Assembly: GCA_045123255.1 (NCBI GenBank)
Contig: JBGVIN010000010.1
Coordinates: 3,044-67,043 of the forward strand
Direction of reading: 5' to 3'
DNA length: 64,000 nt
DNA from: Eubacteriales bacterium
GTDB lineage: Bacteria > Bacillota > Clostridia > Oscillospirales > CAG-272
In this document: one piece after another, positions 54,378 to 63,329 of the stretch
Numbering within the stretch: position 1 is the stretch's first letter
Layout of the letters: every line of letters begins with the position of its first letter
Notes under the pieces: generated by a model
Told to the model about the DNA's origin: nothing
What the model saw: only the letters and a program-made list of their open reading frames with translations
Database searches by the model: none
Program-made: the position numbers and the translations under genes

Positions 54378-55253
54378 CTAACGCGTGGCAAGAGCGTATG
54401 CTTTGAATTTTTGAAGGTAGTCGATTTTTTTAATTATTCCCGCGCGATGCTCGTCAACCACCCAAAAATAGCTTGAATACATTTGAAGCACGCCTGAGGC
54501 AACGTACATTACTATTTGAAGGGTATTCCAAATAAGCACCGCGGGATTCACCTCGCTAACGAGCGTTACGCCGAAGTAGCCGAAGATTATCGCCATAACG
54601 ACGCGCCCGATAGCATCAGTTAGGTTCTTTTGCGAGCTATACTCGCGCTTGCTTTTTCCAAAATCGAAGGGGTTGTTTTCCTTTACCCCCTCGCAGGTTA
54701 AGGTGCTTGGCGTTAGCTGCTTGATTTTAATTTTAAGCGCACGGTTAAACGCCTTTTTTCTTTTATGGTTTGCATATCTCATAGCAAGCCTGCGCCTAAA
54801 TTGTGCGCCCTTAATTTCCTCGTCGGAATAAAGGGAAAAATCGTAGGATGACACAATGCCGTCCTCACCGTAAAGCTCGCTGTATCTCAGCCCCTCTGCG
54901 GCAAGGATTTGCTGACGCACTCTTTTCGTTTCGCGCTTGTTTTCGCTCTCGCAAAACTCCTCTAAGCGGTCAAGGTGCGGCGAAATTTCGTCTATGCTTT
55001 GCGAATAGAGCCTTGCGGTTTGGAGCGTTTTTTCGTCAAGCTCACCGCGGCTCACTCCCATTGAGCGAAAAACACCGTTAATTAAAAGTCCAACGGTCAT
55101 GCTGATTACGCCCGAGGCTATTATTTCAAGTGCGCTCTTGCCCGTTTTTGAAATTATTATAAAGCTACTGCCTATATATGCCAGGGAAACGAGCAAAACC
55201 GCAAAATATCCCGCATTTTTATAAAACGCATCAAAAAGTGTGGTTTTCTTCAT
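54378..55253 (-). CDS. hypothetical membrane protein (2 N-terminal + 2-3 C-terminal TM, basic cytoplasmic middle); last gene of the phage-like operon
   Basis: 291-aa ORF. TM stretches YFAVLLVSLAYIGSSFIII, IIASGVISMTVGLLINGVF, VVMAIIFGYFGVTLV and IVMYVASGVLQMY. Start abuts the upstream gene (1-nt gap). Confidence 0.6.
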   Translation of the reverse strand: MKKTTLFDAFYKNAGYFAVLLVSLAYIGSSFIIISKTGKSALEIIASGVISMTVGLLINGVFRSMGVSRGELDEKTLQTARLYSQSIDEISPHLDRLEEFCESENKRETKRVRQQILAAEGLRYSELYGEDGIVSSYDFSLYSDEEIKGAQFRRRLAMRYANHKRKKAFNRALKIKIKQLTPSTLTCEGVKENNPFDFGKSKREYSSQKNLTDAIGRVVMAIIFGYFGVTLVSEVNPAVLIWNTLQIVMYVASGVLQMYSSYFWVVDEHRAGIIKKIDYLQKFKAYALATR

Positions 55254-55254
55254 A

Positions 55255-55662
55255 TTACACCCGTCCGCTTAAATCAAAAACTGTTTCCTTTATTATCTCT
55301 CTCGTCCTTTGCGCTCCGCTCTTATCCTTTTCGCGCTTTATAAAGAAGCGCACCGCCGTGGCGGCAAGCTCACCAACCAAGGCAAGGAACGAGAAAATAA
55401 GAAGGTCTGAAATTATGCTTTCGAGCAGGAAGGAAAAAAGAAACGCCAGGCTAAAGAAAATAAGCGTTGACTTGATTTTTAAGTAGCCGAGCGCTTTTAT
55501 CACTAAAACGGCAATAAGAAGCACTCCGCCAAATGCAAGGCGCACCGACGCCCCCTTGGTTCCTATATATCTTTCGTGGTTAACGGCAAAATAAATAAGT
55601 GCAGGTGCAACCGAGCAAGCAAACGAAAGGACGTAAAGAAGCGGAAGCTTAATTTTCTTCAT
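55255..55662 (-). CDS. small 4-TM membrane protein
   Basis: 135 aa with four hydrophobic helices. 14-nt overlap with the upstream gene. Confidence 0.6.
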   Translation of the reverse strand: MKKIKLPLLYVLSFACSVAPALIYFAVNHERYIGTKGASVRLAFGGVLLIAVLVIKALGYLKIKSTLIFFSLAFLFSFLLESIISDLLIFSFLALVGELAATAVRFFIKREKDKSGAQRTREIIKETVFDLSGRV

Positions 55663-56515
55663 TTTTCGCCGTCACCTCCGCCGTCTTGCATGTTCTTTTT
55701 TTAGCGCGGATGCTTGATTTTTCACCGTTTCCTGTGCTTGATTTCTCAGCTGACGGTTGCGGTGCGATAAAAGAAATATCCGTCGTATCGGTTAAATCAC
55801 ACTCGCCCTTGTCCTCGCCGTTTTTGCCTGAAAGTGCGCGGCATTCGCTAAGGAGCGCGGAAATTTTTCTGCCGTTTCCGCTTCTTATTACGGTTTGACT
55901 GCCCGAAAATCCGAGAGATATCATTTTTCCGATGTTGTAAGCCTCCGCACTTAGCTTGTCCTGTGCGTTTTTAAGCTCTGTCAGCTCCCTTTCAAGCTGA
56001 GGAATTAAGCTTGCAAGTGTGGAAAGCTCCTGTGCCTTGCTTTCAAGCAGGGCGCTTTGGCGTGCAAACTCGCTTTTTCTTTCACTTGCCTCATTTTTGA
56101 AGTCATCCCTTGCGCCCGAGAGGCGAACGAGGGATTTTTTAATTGCACCAAGAGATGCAAGCACGGCGGAAAGTGAGGTTAACACACCAACCACCACGGG
56201 AATTACCCTCTCCTTTATGTACTCCTTTATTTCCTCTGCACGCAAATCAACATCGCTTTGACCGTTTTCCTTGTTGTTCGCTCCATCAAGGTCAGCCTTC
56301 AGGGAATCATTTTCCCCTTGAATATCGTCTACTTCATCGCCCGGGTTAGTGTCCTCTCCTCCTTGCGCGCCCGCCGCCTCGCTCTCTATGCTCCCCGCTA
56401 TATATTCCAATTCGTCTAAGCTCTTTTCCTCGGCACCGCTGATGGCGCGGAAGCAAAAAAGCAAAACCACAGTGGCAATAGCAACGAGTGATACGGTAAT
56501 TAAAGCCTTTTTCAT
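55649..56515 (-). CDS. membrane-anchored coiled-coil protein
   Basis: 288 aa. N-terminal anchor MKKALITVSLVAIATVVLLFCF, an acidic region, a second TM (VIPVVVGVLTSLSAVLASLGAI), then a heptad-rich segment (SALLESKAQELSTLASLIPQLERELTELKNAQDKLSAEA). Confidence 0.6.
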   Translation of the reverse strand: MKKALITVSLVAIATVVLLFCFRAISGAEEKSLDELEYIAGSIESEAAGAQGGEDTNPGDEVDDIQGENDSLKADLDGANNKENGQSDVDLRAEEIKEYIKERVIPVVVGVLTSLSAVLASLGAIKKSLVRLSGARDDFKNEASERKSEFARQSALLESKAQELSTLASLIPQLERELTELKNAQDKLSAEAYNIGKMISLGFSGSQTVIRSGNGRKISALLSECRALSGKNGEDKGECDLTDTTDISFIAPQPSAEKSSTGNGEKSSIRAKKRTCKTAEVTAKNEEN

Positions 56516-56763
56516 TTTGTCACCTCACAGTCAATTGGATAAATTTCGTCGTTTCTGACGATGAATTTTACGTCTCTTCCGCTCTCGATGGCTTCCTTTG
56601 CCTCATTTGACAGCGGAAATTTGCCGACCGCCTTAAAGTCGCTTAATTTCGGGTTGGTCTTAATACGGCGCTTACCGTTTTTATCCGTATATTCAATTTT
56701 ATTTTCCGTGTTTTCTATAAGCGAGCCGTTTTCTACTTTATATACGCTTTCGTATGCTTTCAT
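56512..56763 (-). CDS. small hypothetical protein (83 aa)
   Basis: ATGA-type 4-nt overlaps at both ends indicate translational coupling. No family recognised. Confidence 0.55.
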   Translation of the reverse strand: MKAYESVYKVENGSLIENTENKIEYTDKNGKRRIKTNPKLSDFKAVGKFPLSNEAKEAIESGRDVKFIVRNDEIYPIDCEVTK

Positions 56764-58169
56764 TTTATCTCCTCATATTCAATTATTACCGTTTTGTTTT
56801 CCTTTGCCGCACCCCAAAGCTCGGATGATTTTGGCGTATAGCCGTCAATTTCGGGCGCGTTTATCTTATAAGCACTTCCCATTCTAAGCTCATAGCAAGA
56901 CGCGGTGGCTATTTCCGTTCCGCTTTCATTTTGATACTTAACGGTAAGGTATACTTTTGCACCCTCGTTTGATGAATAATATCTCGCCTCAACATGCGGT
57001 AAAAGCTTAGCTCCCCTGACGACAATTTTTCCGTCGCCCTTTGTTTTCAGGTGCGACAATAGTGCGCCTGCAAGGGTAGTGGATGTAATATCGTGCTCTA
57101 TTGTCTCTGCTCGCTTTGCAATTATTTGAACGGTCGCGGCGTTTTGGTGCTTTTCCTTTAGAAAATTAGTAATTTCGCTAAGCGCAACCTTATAATAAGC
57201 CATTCCCGTTTCGTTTCTTTCAAACTTTATGGCAAGACCCTTTGCGGACATCATAGTGAAAATGTTTTTCTGTGACGGCAAAATCGGCCAAGGTGTGAAG
57301 GTTAGATACGGACAGTAGCCGCGTAAAACCGAAACAGGCGCGTAATAATACGCCATAAGTCCTCTTCCCGTCGGCGCAACAGAGGTGTTTATCTGCCAAG
57401 GCTCATCACCTGTCAAGCTCAGACGCACCGAGCCCTCTCGATAAATAACACGATTTTCAAGAACCCTTATTTCAAGCTCGTCGTATTCCGACATAAGAAG
57501 CGGCACCTTAGAATCTTGATGCTGTATTTCCTTTGGAAGATTTAGCCTTTTGATTTTGGAATTAAACTCAATCGTTAAAAGCACACCGGTATCTCCCACA
57601 CAAATGACAGGAGTTTCGTAACCGGGAGATATTTCACCCTCTACTATCAAGTCGCACACGCTCCAAAAATCGATAAGCCCATCACGCGAAATTGATACCG
57701 AGCCGTCGTCCTCCTCTCTTTCACTTGTATATACGTTAGTAAAAATAAGATGTGTAAAGCCGTCACCGCTCACCCTAAAGGTCTGTCCATTTGAATTACA
57801 AAGAGGTGTTAAATTTGAAAAAAGAGGATTGTCGCCATCCGACAAATAAAGCAAAACTCCGCCGAGCGAGCCACTACTCTTCAACTCGTACGTCAGCTTT
57901 TTTCCAACAAATTCAGTCGGCAGAGCCAAAGTATACGTCCCCACTATTCCTGCATCAACGTAGCTGCCTGCATCCTTGATTTGCGAGAAATATTCCTCGG
58001 TGCGGTTTGGGAGCGGTTGTTTTGTCACGCCCTTTATTTTCAGATATTCAAACGGAACTCCTGCGTTTGCATCAAACGTAACCTCACCATCGCCACTTAC
58101 CGTTCTTAATTCTCCAACCTTGAAATACCGAGAGGTAATTCTGCGCTCGAATCGTTTAGTCCCTCTCAC
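56760..58169 (-). CDS. phage-like receptor-binding / adhesin protein with C-terminal MucBP-like domain
   Basis: 469 aa, no signal peptide. The C-terminal KVYLTVKYQNESGTEIATASCYELRMGSAYKINAPEIDGYTPKSSELWGAAKENKTVIIEYEE fits the MucBP pattern (V.Y.d..G..i......G..G..Y......I.GY.......G......v.Y). Confidence 0.55.
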   Translation of the reverse strand: MRGTKRFERRITSRYFKVGELRTVSGDGEVTFDANAGVPFEYLKIKGVTKQPLPNRTEEYFSQIKDAGSYVDAGIVGTYTLALPTEFVGKKLTYELKSSGSLGGVLLYLSDGDNPLFSNLTPLCNSNGQTFRVSGDGFTHLIFTNVYTSEREEDDGSVSISRDGLIDFWSVCDLIVEGEISPGYETPVICVGDTGVLLTIEFNSKIKRLNLPKEIQHQDSKVPLLMSEYDELEIRVLENRVIYREGSVRLSLTGDEPWQINTSVAPTGRGLMAYYYAPVSVLRGYCPYLTFTPWPILPSQKNIFTMMSAKGLAIKFERNETGMAYYKVALSEITNFLKEKHQNAATVQIIAKRAETIEHDITSTTLAGALLSHLKTKGDGKIVVRGAKLLPHVEARYYSSNEGAKVYLTVKYQNESGTEIATASCYELRMGSAYKINAPEIDGYTPKSSELWGAAKENKTVIIEYEEIK

Positions 58170-59293
58170 ATAATCACCTCGTAATCGACAGAGCCGACAC
58201 GCGCAAGCATAACGCCCGATACGCGCTTAACGCTTATCTCGTAAAGGCGCTTAGGCATTGGGTAAAAGCGACCCTCAAGCGTGTCATCTCCCGTAAACAA
58301 AAGCTCCTCGGGCGCATCAAGCGTAATTTCCGCGCTCGACGTTTTGAAGCATAAAATCGCCTCAAAAAATTCGTCCTCGGCTATATCCACCGTGAGCGCA
58401 CTTACCGTGCCGAGGTGGTATTCGTTCATGCTTTCAAGCAATACGCTCTCGCCAGTTACCGTATGCTTTGTCAGTGCTTGCTCCTTTCTTGAAAGTGAAT
58501 TCTCGGCAGATGCAAGGCGCTCATCAAGCGCTTCTATAAGAGATAAAAGGTGCGTCCTCTGCTCGTTAAGCTCCTCTTTTTTGGCAAGCATTGAGGTTTC
58601 AAAGCGACCCTCGCTTGAAACGAGACGAACGCCGCCTACAAAATATTTTTTGTTTGGCAAAAGCTCATAGCCTGCGGCAATATCGCTAATTTCAAGTGCA
58701 ATATCGCCCTCCTTTTCATCCACTTCTACGCCAAAGACCGTAAAATCAGGCTTTTCGGGGTCCTCTAAAAGAAGGATATCACCAACCACTCCCTCTCTCT
58801 GCGCGTATTCAAAAAGCTCTACCTCGTCATCAAAGCTGACTACACTGTTCTTGCCGCTTGCAATTAGAAGCGCCACCTCAGCCTCCTCTCTTAAAACGTC
58901 AAGCTCCTCTCTTATATCCGCGTGTGCGCTTGCACTTTGGTTGTGACGGTTATTCTCGTCGGTAATTTTTGCTCTGATATCACTATGCGATAGCTCGCTT
59001 TCATTATGTTCTATAAGCATAGCGGCGATATTTTCGCCAAGCTCGCTTATTCTTTCGTGCGCCTCGGCAGTATCAATTTCACCCTCACTAACTGCCGTAT
59101 CAATTTCACTAAGATGTAAATTGATTTTTTCGGCAAGGGTATTTATAAACTGATAAAAATATCTCTTTGTTTGAGATGATTTTTGACCGAGCGACGCAGG
59201 GGAATCAGCCAAGGAAAAGGGTGAATTTAATATAACCTCGTTTACCTCGCTGCCCTTTATCTTAAATCTATCACTCAATTGTTTTTCCTCCAT
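58166..59293 (-). CDS. phage tail-fibre-like protein
   Basis: 375 aa. Tandem HNESELSHSDIR / HNQSASAHADIR motifs of the kind seen in Firmicute prophage tail fibres (from memory). Predicted coiled-coil segments. No signal peptide. Confidence 0.5.
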   Translation of the reverse strand: MEEKQLSDRFKIKGSEVNEVILNSPFSLADSPASLGQKSSQTKRYFYQFINTLAEKINLHLSEIDTAVSEGEIDTAEAHERISELGENIAAMLIEHNESELSHSDIRAKITDENNRHNQSASAHADIREELDVLREEAEVALLIASGKNSVVSFDDEVELFEYAQREGVVGDILLLEDPEKPDFTVFGVEVDEKEGDIALEISDIAAGYELLPNKKYFVGGVRLVSSEGRFETSMLAKKEELNEQRTHLLSLIEALDERLASAENSLSRKEQALTKHTVTGESVLLESMNEYHLGTVSALTVDIAEDEFFEAILCFKTSSAEITLDAPEELLFTGDDTLEGRFYPMPKRLYEISVKRVSGVMLARVGSVDYEVIM

Positions 59294-59299
59294 ATATTT

Positions 59300-61780
59300 T
59301 TAACTTACGTAATACTCAATCATCAAAAAGCCGATATAGACAGGCTTTTCGTCGTTTGAAGTAATTTTTACGTCAAGATAGTCAAAGCCGCGCACAAAAA
59401 ACGGTATTGCAATATGCGCGTCCAAGCCGTAGGTCATATCAAGACGGTTGAAGTCAAGTGCTTCAAAATCAAGCGGCTGTGCGGTTGTAATTTTCTTTGA
59501 ATACGAGGACGAGCGCGTTGATATTTCCGCCTCTATTTCGCCCGCGGTTCCGCTGTAAACGTTTAGGTAAAGCCTTGTTACCGTGGCATTTTTTAAGTGC
59601 GTGCCTATCGGTAGCGGCGGAGTTTTGTATTCGCATGAAATCTTCACTCTCGTCTCTAAAATAACGCTTGAAAGCCCGTCGATTTTAACCGCTTCACCGC
59701 ACGATTTTAAGTATATCGCGCCGTTTTCCCACTCTGCCTCGTATACGCCCGAGTCCTTTTTTAAGTAAACCGAATACTCGTCCGCGCTCTCTGTGTCTAC
59801 TCCTTCGTCGACGTCAAGATAAACCGTGTCCTCTCCCTCGAAAAGCACTCTGTTTCCGAGTACACCAAGCACCGTTTTTTCGGTTTTCTCCGTACCGTTT
59901 TCAAGAATTAGCGTGTCGCCGTAAAACAGCTTAACCGAGCCGCCAGGGTACGTTGGTGAGCCATCATAAAATATAGTTGCACCGTTTGATTTCCTTGCCT
60001 TGCCGATATAAAGCCTGTGTGCGCCAACTCTTATAACGGTGTTATCCTCAAGGCTTGTTTTGTCGGTAATTAAGCGCGTTTTCTCACCCTCGTTGTCCAC
60101 AATTAAGCTAAGCGTACTTGTGGAATATTCGCGCAAGGTTATATCGCTATAACCCGAATGCATTTTTCTTATTTCGCCGCTTTGCGTGCCGAAATAAAGC
60201 TCACCGCCAAGCGTGCAAGCCACCCTTGCGCCAAAGCCGTACCACGGATACCAGCTATATTCTTTTTTACTACCCGAACCGGTTACGCCCACGTAGCAAT
60301 TATTTCCTATAAATAGGTAGTATTTACCGTTGTGAACAAGCGAGCAGGCTTCTCTTTTTTCTTCCAGCGTGTAACCTGATAGTGCCTTGTCGATATCAAG
60401 TGAGCGCGGACTCAAAAGGCAGACCTCACGCACGCTCGATTTGTAATCATCTACGCCAAAAACGCCCTGACCGTTCAAAACAAGGCAATCGCTACCGCAA
60501 ATAGAGACGGAATAAGCGCTCAAAGCACCAAGGGAGTCAGCTGAGGAGATCACCTCGCAAAAATCCTTTGCAAAGCTTATTCTGTAAAAGCCGTTTTCCT
60601 TAAATACACCTACTAAATTGTCCCAAAGCTGAAGGACAGCCGTGATTTTGTCCTGTCCGCCGAGCATTATTCTGTTATCCCTCGGCAAATACGCAAAGCC
60701 CTCGGCTGGGTCGCTGTAATAAAGCTCGTTTCCGCCTCTTGTAAAGGCAAGAAGCTCCTCGCCGCCCGCGTGTGTGGCAAGCGCGCCAAGCTCCACGTCG
60801 TAAAGCAAGGAACGGTAATTTTCGCTCGACTCATACTCAATAACGATATTTTCCTCGCTCGGATACGGCGCGCAAATCTCAAAGCCGAAGCAAAGCTCGC
60901 GGTGGTTTTTAAGCCTTACACCAAACGGAAGTGTGTCAAAGGTGTGAATTTTATCACCTATTTTAATTTTGATTTCCTCGCCTCGGTCGTTTCGTATCGG
61001 CTCGGTTAAGAAAAATCTCACCGTATCGTCAACGCTTTCCTTTACGTAACGCAAATTTACAACCGTGCTTACCTCCTCGCCTGCACTGTTTATGCCAATA
61101 TACGAGGTTGTGTAGTCGTTGTCGGGGTCGGTTGAAGCCTTCGTTCTGATTTTAACGTCAATTGTGAGCGGCTTTTTATAAGCTATCTCGCCGTCAAGCA
61201 CGAAAACGTTCTCCTCGCCGTGAACCTTAAACGTGTTACCGCCGAAGAGCTTATTTTTGCGGCGCGGATTTAATATATTCGGGCTTTGGTGCGCTTGGCA
61301 TTTCATTCCGTTTTTGCGGTCGGTTATTCCCGTCGCGGTAGTCGGAACGAACGTGCCGTCTAAAAAATACGCGCTCTTTACCGTTTCACCGTCGAAAATT
61401 AAAATATCTCCCGCACCGATAATATAGAGCTTGCCGTTTCTTAAAAATCCGCGCGAGCGCTTGTCCTTGATTGTAATGCCGCTCTCGGCTTTAACCTCGC
61501 GAACGTAGTTAAATTCTCGGTCAAGCTCGAAAATGTGCGCTCCCGCATGCACTATCTTACACTCAACCGCTTCCCCGTTTTTAAGGTAGGTATATTCAAA
61601 AATACCGTTTATTCTAAGCGGATTTCCGTTTTTGTCCCTTATCTCCGTCACCGTTTTGTGTCCGTTTCTTTTAACAAGACCCTCGCCTGCGAAAACAAGA
61701 TTTTTAAGTGCGCCGTAGCTTCTTGAATCAAAGATTTTTGCTCCCGTATTTACGTTTTCAATATGTAATTTCTTTTTCAT
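59300..61780 (-). CDS. large beta-rich phage-like structural protein (826 aa), function unknown
   Basis: Long ORF with no signal peptide or TM. Gly/Asn/Tyr-rich beta-strand-like composition. Tightly packed between the 202-aa gene and the fibre-like gene. Confidence 0.6.
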   Translation of the reverse strand: MKKKLHIENVNTGAKIFDSRSYGALKNLVFAGEGLVKRNGHKTVTEIRDKNGNPLRINGIFEYTYLKNGEAVECKIVHAGAHIFELDREFNYVREVKAESGITIKDKRSRGFLRNGKLYIIGAGDILIFDGETVKSAYFLDGTFVPTTATGITDRKNGMKCQAHQSPNILNPRRKNKLFGGNTFKVHGEENVFVLDGEIAYKKPLTIDVKIRTKASTDPDNDYTTSYIGINSAGEEVSTVVNLRYVKESVDDTVRFFLTEPIRNDRGEEIKIKIGDKIHTFDTLPFGVRLKNHRELCFGFEICAPYPSEENIVIEYESSENYRSLLYDVELGALATHAGGEELLAFTRGGNELYYSDPAEGFAYLPRDNRIMLGGQDKITAVLQLWDNLVGVFKENGFYRISFAKDFCEVISSADSLGALSAYSVSICGSDCLVLNGQGVFGVDDYKSSVREVCLLSPRSLDIDKALSGYTLEEKREACSLVHNGKYYLFIGNNCYVGVTGSGSKKEYSWYPWYGFGARVACTLGGELYFGTQSGEIRKMHSGYSDITLREYSTSTLSLIVDNEGEKTRLITDKTSLEDNTVIRVGAHRLYIGKARKSNGATIFYDGSPTYPGGSVKLFYGDTLILENGTEKTEKTVLGVLGNRVLFEGEDTVYLDVDEGVDTESADEYSVYLKKDSGVYEAEWENGAIYLKSCGEAVKIDGLSSVILETRVKISCEYKTPPLPIGTHLKNATVTRLYLNVYSGTAGEIEAEISTRSSSYSKKITTAQPLDFEALDFNRLDMTYGLDAHIAIPFFVRGFDYLDVKITSNDEKPVYIGFLMIEYYVS

Positions 61781-61784
61781 CTTT

Positions 61785-62393
61785 TCACCAGCTATATACC
61801 GCTTCTACCTCACCCTGTGTCGCACTTTTGCCACGATACACGCCAAGACCGTCGTAAAATCTTTGGCGAAGCTCGCGCGCTCTTTCGCTGTCCTCGTGCA
61901 TACAAAGCTCGGAGGCGACAAAGTACGGAATTAACGAGGCAACGCCGAAATCAAGCTCAGGCTCATAGCTCTCCTCGGTAACATATCTCACCTTTTCAAC
62001 GCTTGATTTATAAACGACCTCTATCTCGCCGCAGTCAGCTCCCAAAAGAAGAACGTACGAGTCAACCTCGCTATACTTAATCTCCCTGCCGTCTTGGCGT
62101 ATGGAAAGCACGCTTAATAGGTCAGGGATTTTCTCCTTTAGGTTGGTTGCGTTTTTCGTGTTCTTTACCGTCACGGCGGCGCGCTTGGTTTTTGTCGCTC
62201 CTGCGTTTTCAATTTCGCAAAGCGCACGGTTGATAGCGGGCACGGCACTGTCAAGATACGAGCGAATGCTCGGGTCGCACTTTAATGCGTTCATTGCCTC
62301 GTTTATGCTATTGTCGTTTTGTGCGTCGAAGCGCACCTCGATTTCGGGGAAAATTAAAAGAAGCGCTTCCTTTTTGATTTCTCCAATTTTCAT
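61785..62393 (-). CDS. hypothetical protein (202 aa), possibly a virion connector/adaptor-like protein
   Basis: Start set at the ATG at 62393 (MKIGEIKKEALLLIF...) with AAGGAG 6 nt upstream. The longer track ORF would overlap the upstream gene. The function guess rests on position only. Confidence 0.5.
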   Translation of the reverse strand: MKIGEIKKEALLLIFPEIEVRFDAQNDNSINEAMNALKCDPSIRSYLDSAVPAINRALCEIENAGATKTKRAAVTVKNTKNATNLKEKIPDLLSVLSIRQDGREIKYSEVDSYVLLLGADCGEIEVVYKSSVEKVRYVTEESYEPELDFGVASLIPYFVASELCMHEDSERARELRQRFYDGLGVYRGKSATQGEVEAVYSW

Positions 62394-62445
62394 TTTTTCT
62401 CCTTTACAACAAACGGACATCTTAATTTTAAGTGTCCGTTCAATG

Positions 62446-62754
62446 TTAAAAATCCTCAAATTTTAAGTTTTGTGTCTGTTGCTTTTCAGCATCCTTTAAT
62501 TTGTTGCCCGAGGTGTCACGCAGAAACACCGCCGCCTGCGTATCTCCCCCCGATGCCTTCAAAATTTGCATAAGGAGTATAACCTCCCTATAATTCAAGC
62601 GACCGCCAACAGGCGAATTTTGTATCGCCTGCGGCAAAAATTCGCTTGGCAGCTCCAAGGCAAGCAAAGTGTCAAGCGTTTCCTTAAACGAAACCTCGCG
62701 CCTTGCCTGCCTTTTGGTTTTCTTCACGTTTTTTTGTACCTTATCCTTTATCAT
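62446..62754 (-). CDS. small basic protein (102 aa); C-terminal half resembles phage small-terminase/DNA-binding proteins
   Basis: MIKDKVQKNVKKTKRQARRE... then NYREVILLMQILKASGGDTQAAVFLRDTSGNK, which resembles the ...A..G(D/N)..A..F(I/L)RDT.G.K block I recall from small terminase subunits of Firmicute phages. GAGAGGA RBS. Confidence 0.45.
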   Translation of the reverse strand: MIKDKVQKNVKKTKRQARREVSFKETLDTLLALELPSEFLPQAIQNSPVGGRLNYREVILLMQILKASGGDTQAAVFLRDTSGNKLKDAEKQQTQNLKFEDF

Positions 62755-63009
62755 ATTCCTCTCTTTCCTTTAACCGCGACCGCTTAAATTTATTTGCCGC
62801 GGCTTTAACCCTTCGCACCTTCATTATTGCATAAAAAAACCGGTACCAAACGGTACAGTTTCACGAATTTTGATAGACTTTCTTTCCAGTAGTCATACGC
62901 ATTCTCCCTCCGTCGCGCCAAATTCTCATTTTACAAAGCCAACGCCTCATCGGCGCGCCACCTCCCTCCCAGAAGGAGGCTTGATGGGTACCAAACGGTA
63001 CAATTTCAT

Positions 63010-63150
63010 ACAATCTTTGATTGATGCCATTCAAGCCAAGGCTTGATTCCATTCCGCGCAAGCACGGATTCCATACACGCTTCGCGTGATTGCATACAAC
63101 CTGCGGTTGATTTTATGCCTTCCCTAGCAGGGAAGGTGGCACGAAGTGAC
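63010..63150 (+). repeat. hairpin array built on the word ATT(C/G)CAT plus a CCTTCCC-n5-GGGAAGG / GACGGATGAG module
   Basis: tcaagccaaggcttga TTCCATT ccgcgcaagcacgg ATTCCAT a cacgcttcgcgtg ATTGCAT a caacctgcggttg ATTTTAT gccttccctagcagggaaggtggcacgaagtgacggatgag. Confidence 0.7.
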
Positions 63151-63329
63151 GGATGAGTAGTAGAGAAACATATCAGGTGCGAAATGACAGAAAAGATAAG
63201 CATCGGCAATTCGCAATCGTGCGCCATTTGACAAAAAAGAACAGGCTCTTGCCTGTTCCTTGAGTTTTTTTATTTTGTATGCGGTTGACGCCAAAATTGC
63301 AGAGCGGTAAAGCGCTTGTCTTACAAAAG

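Noticed and set aside
62446-62754. Calling the 102-aa protein a bona fide terminase small subunit, and hence the region an intact prophage packaging module
   Set aside because: The similarity is a remembered C-terminal motif only. No large-terminase, portal or capsid gene follows it. It is kept as a low-confidence resemblance.
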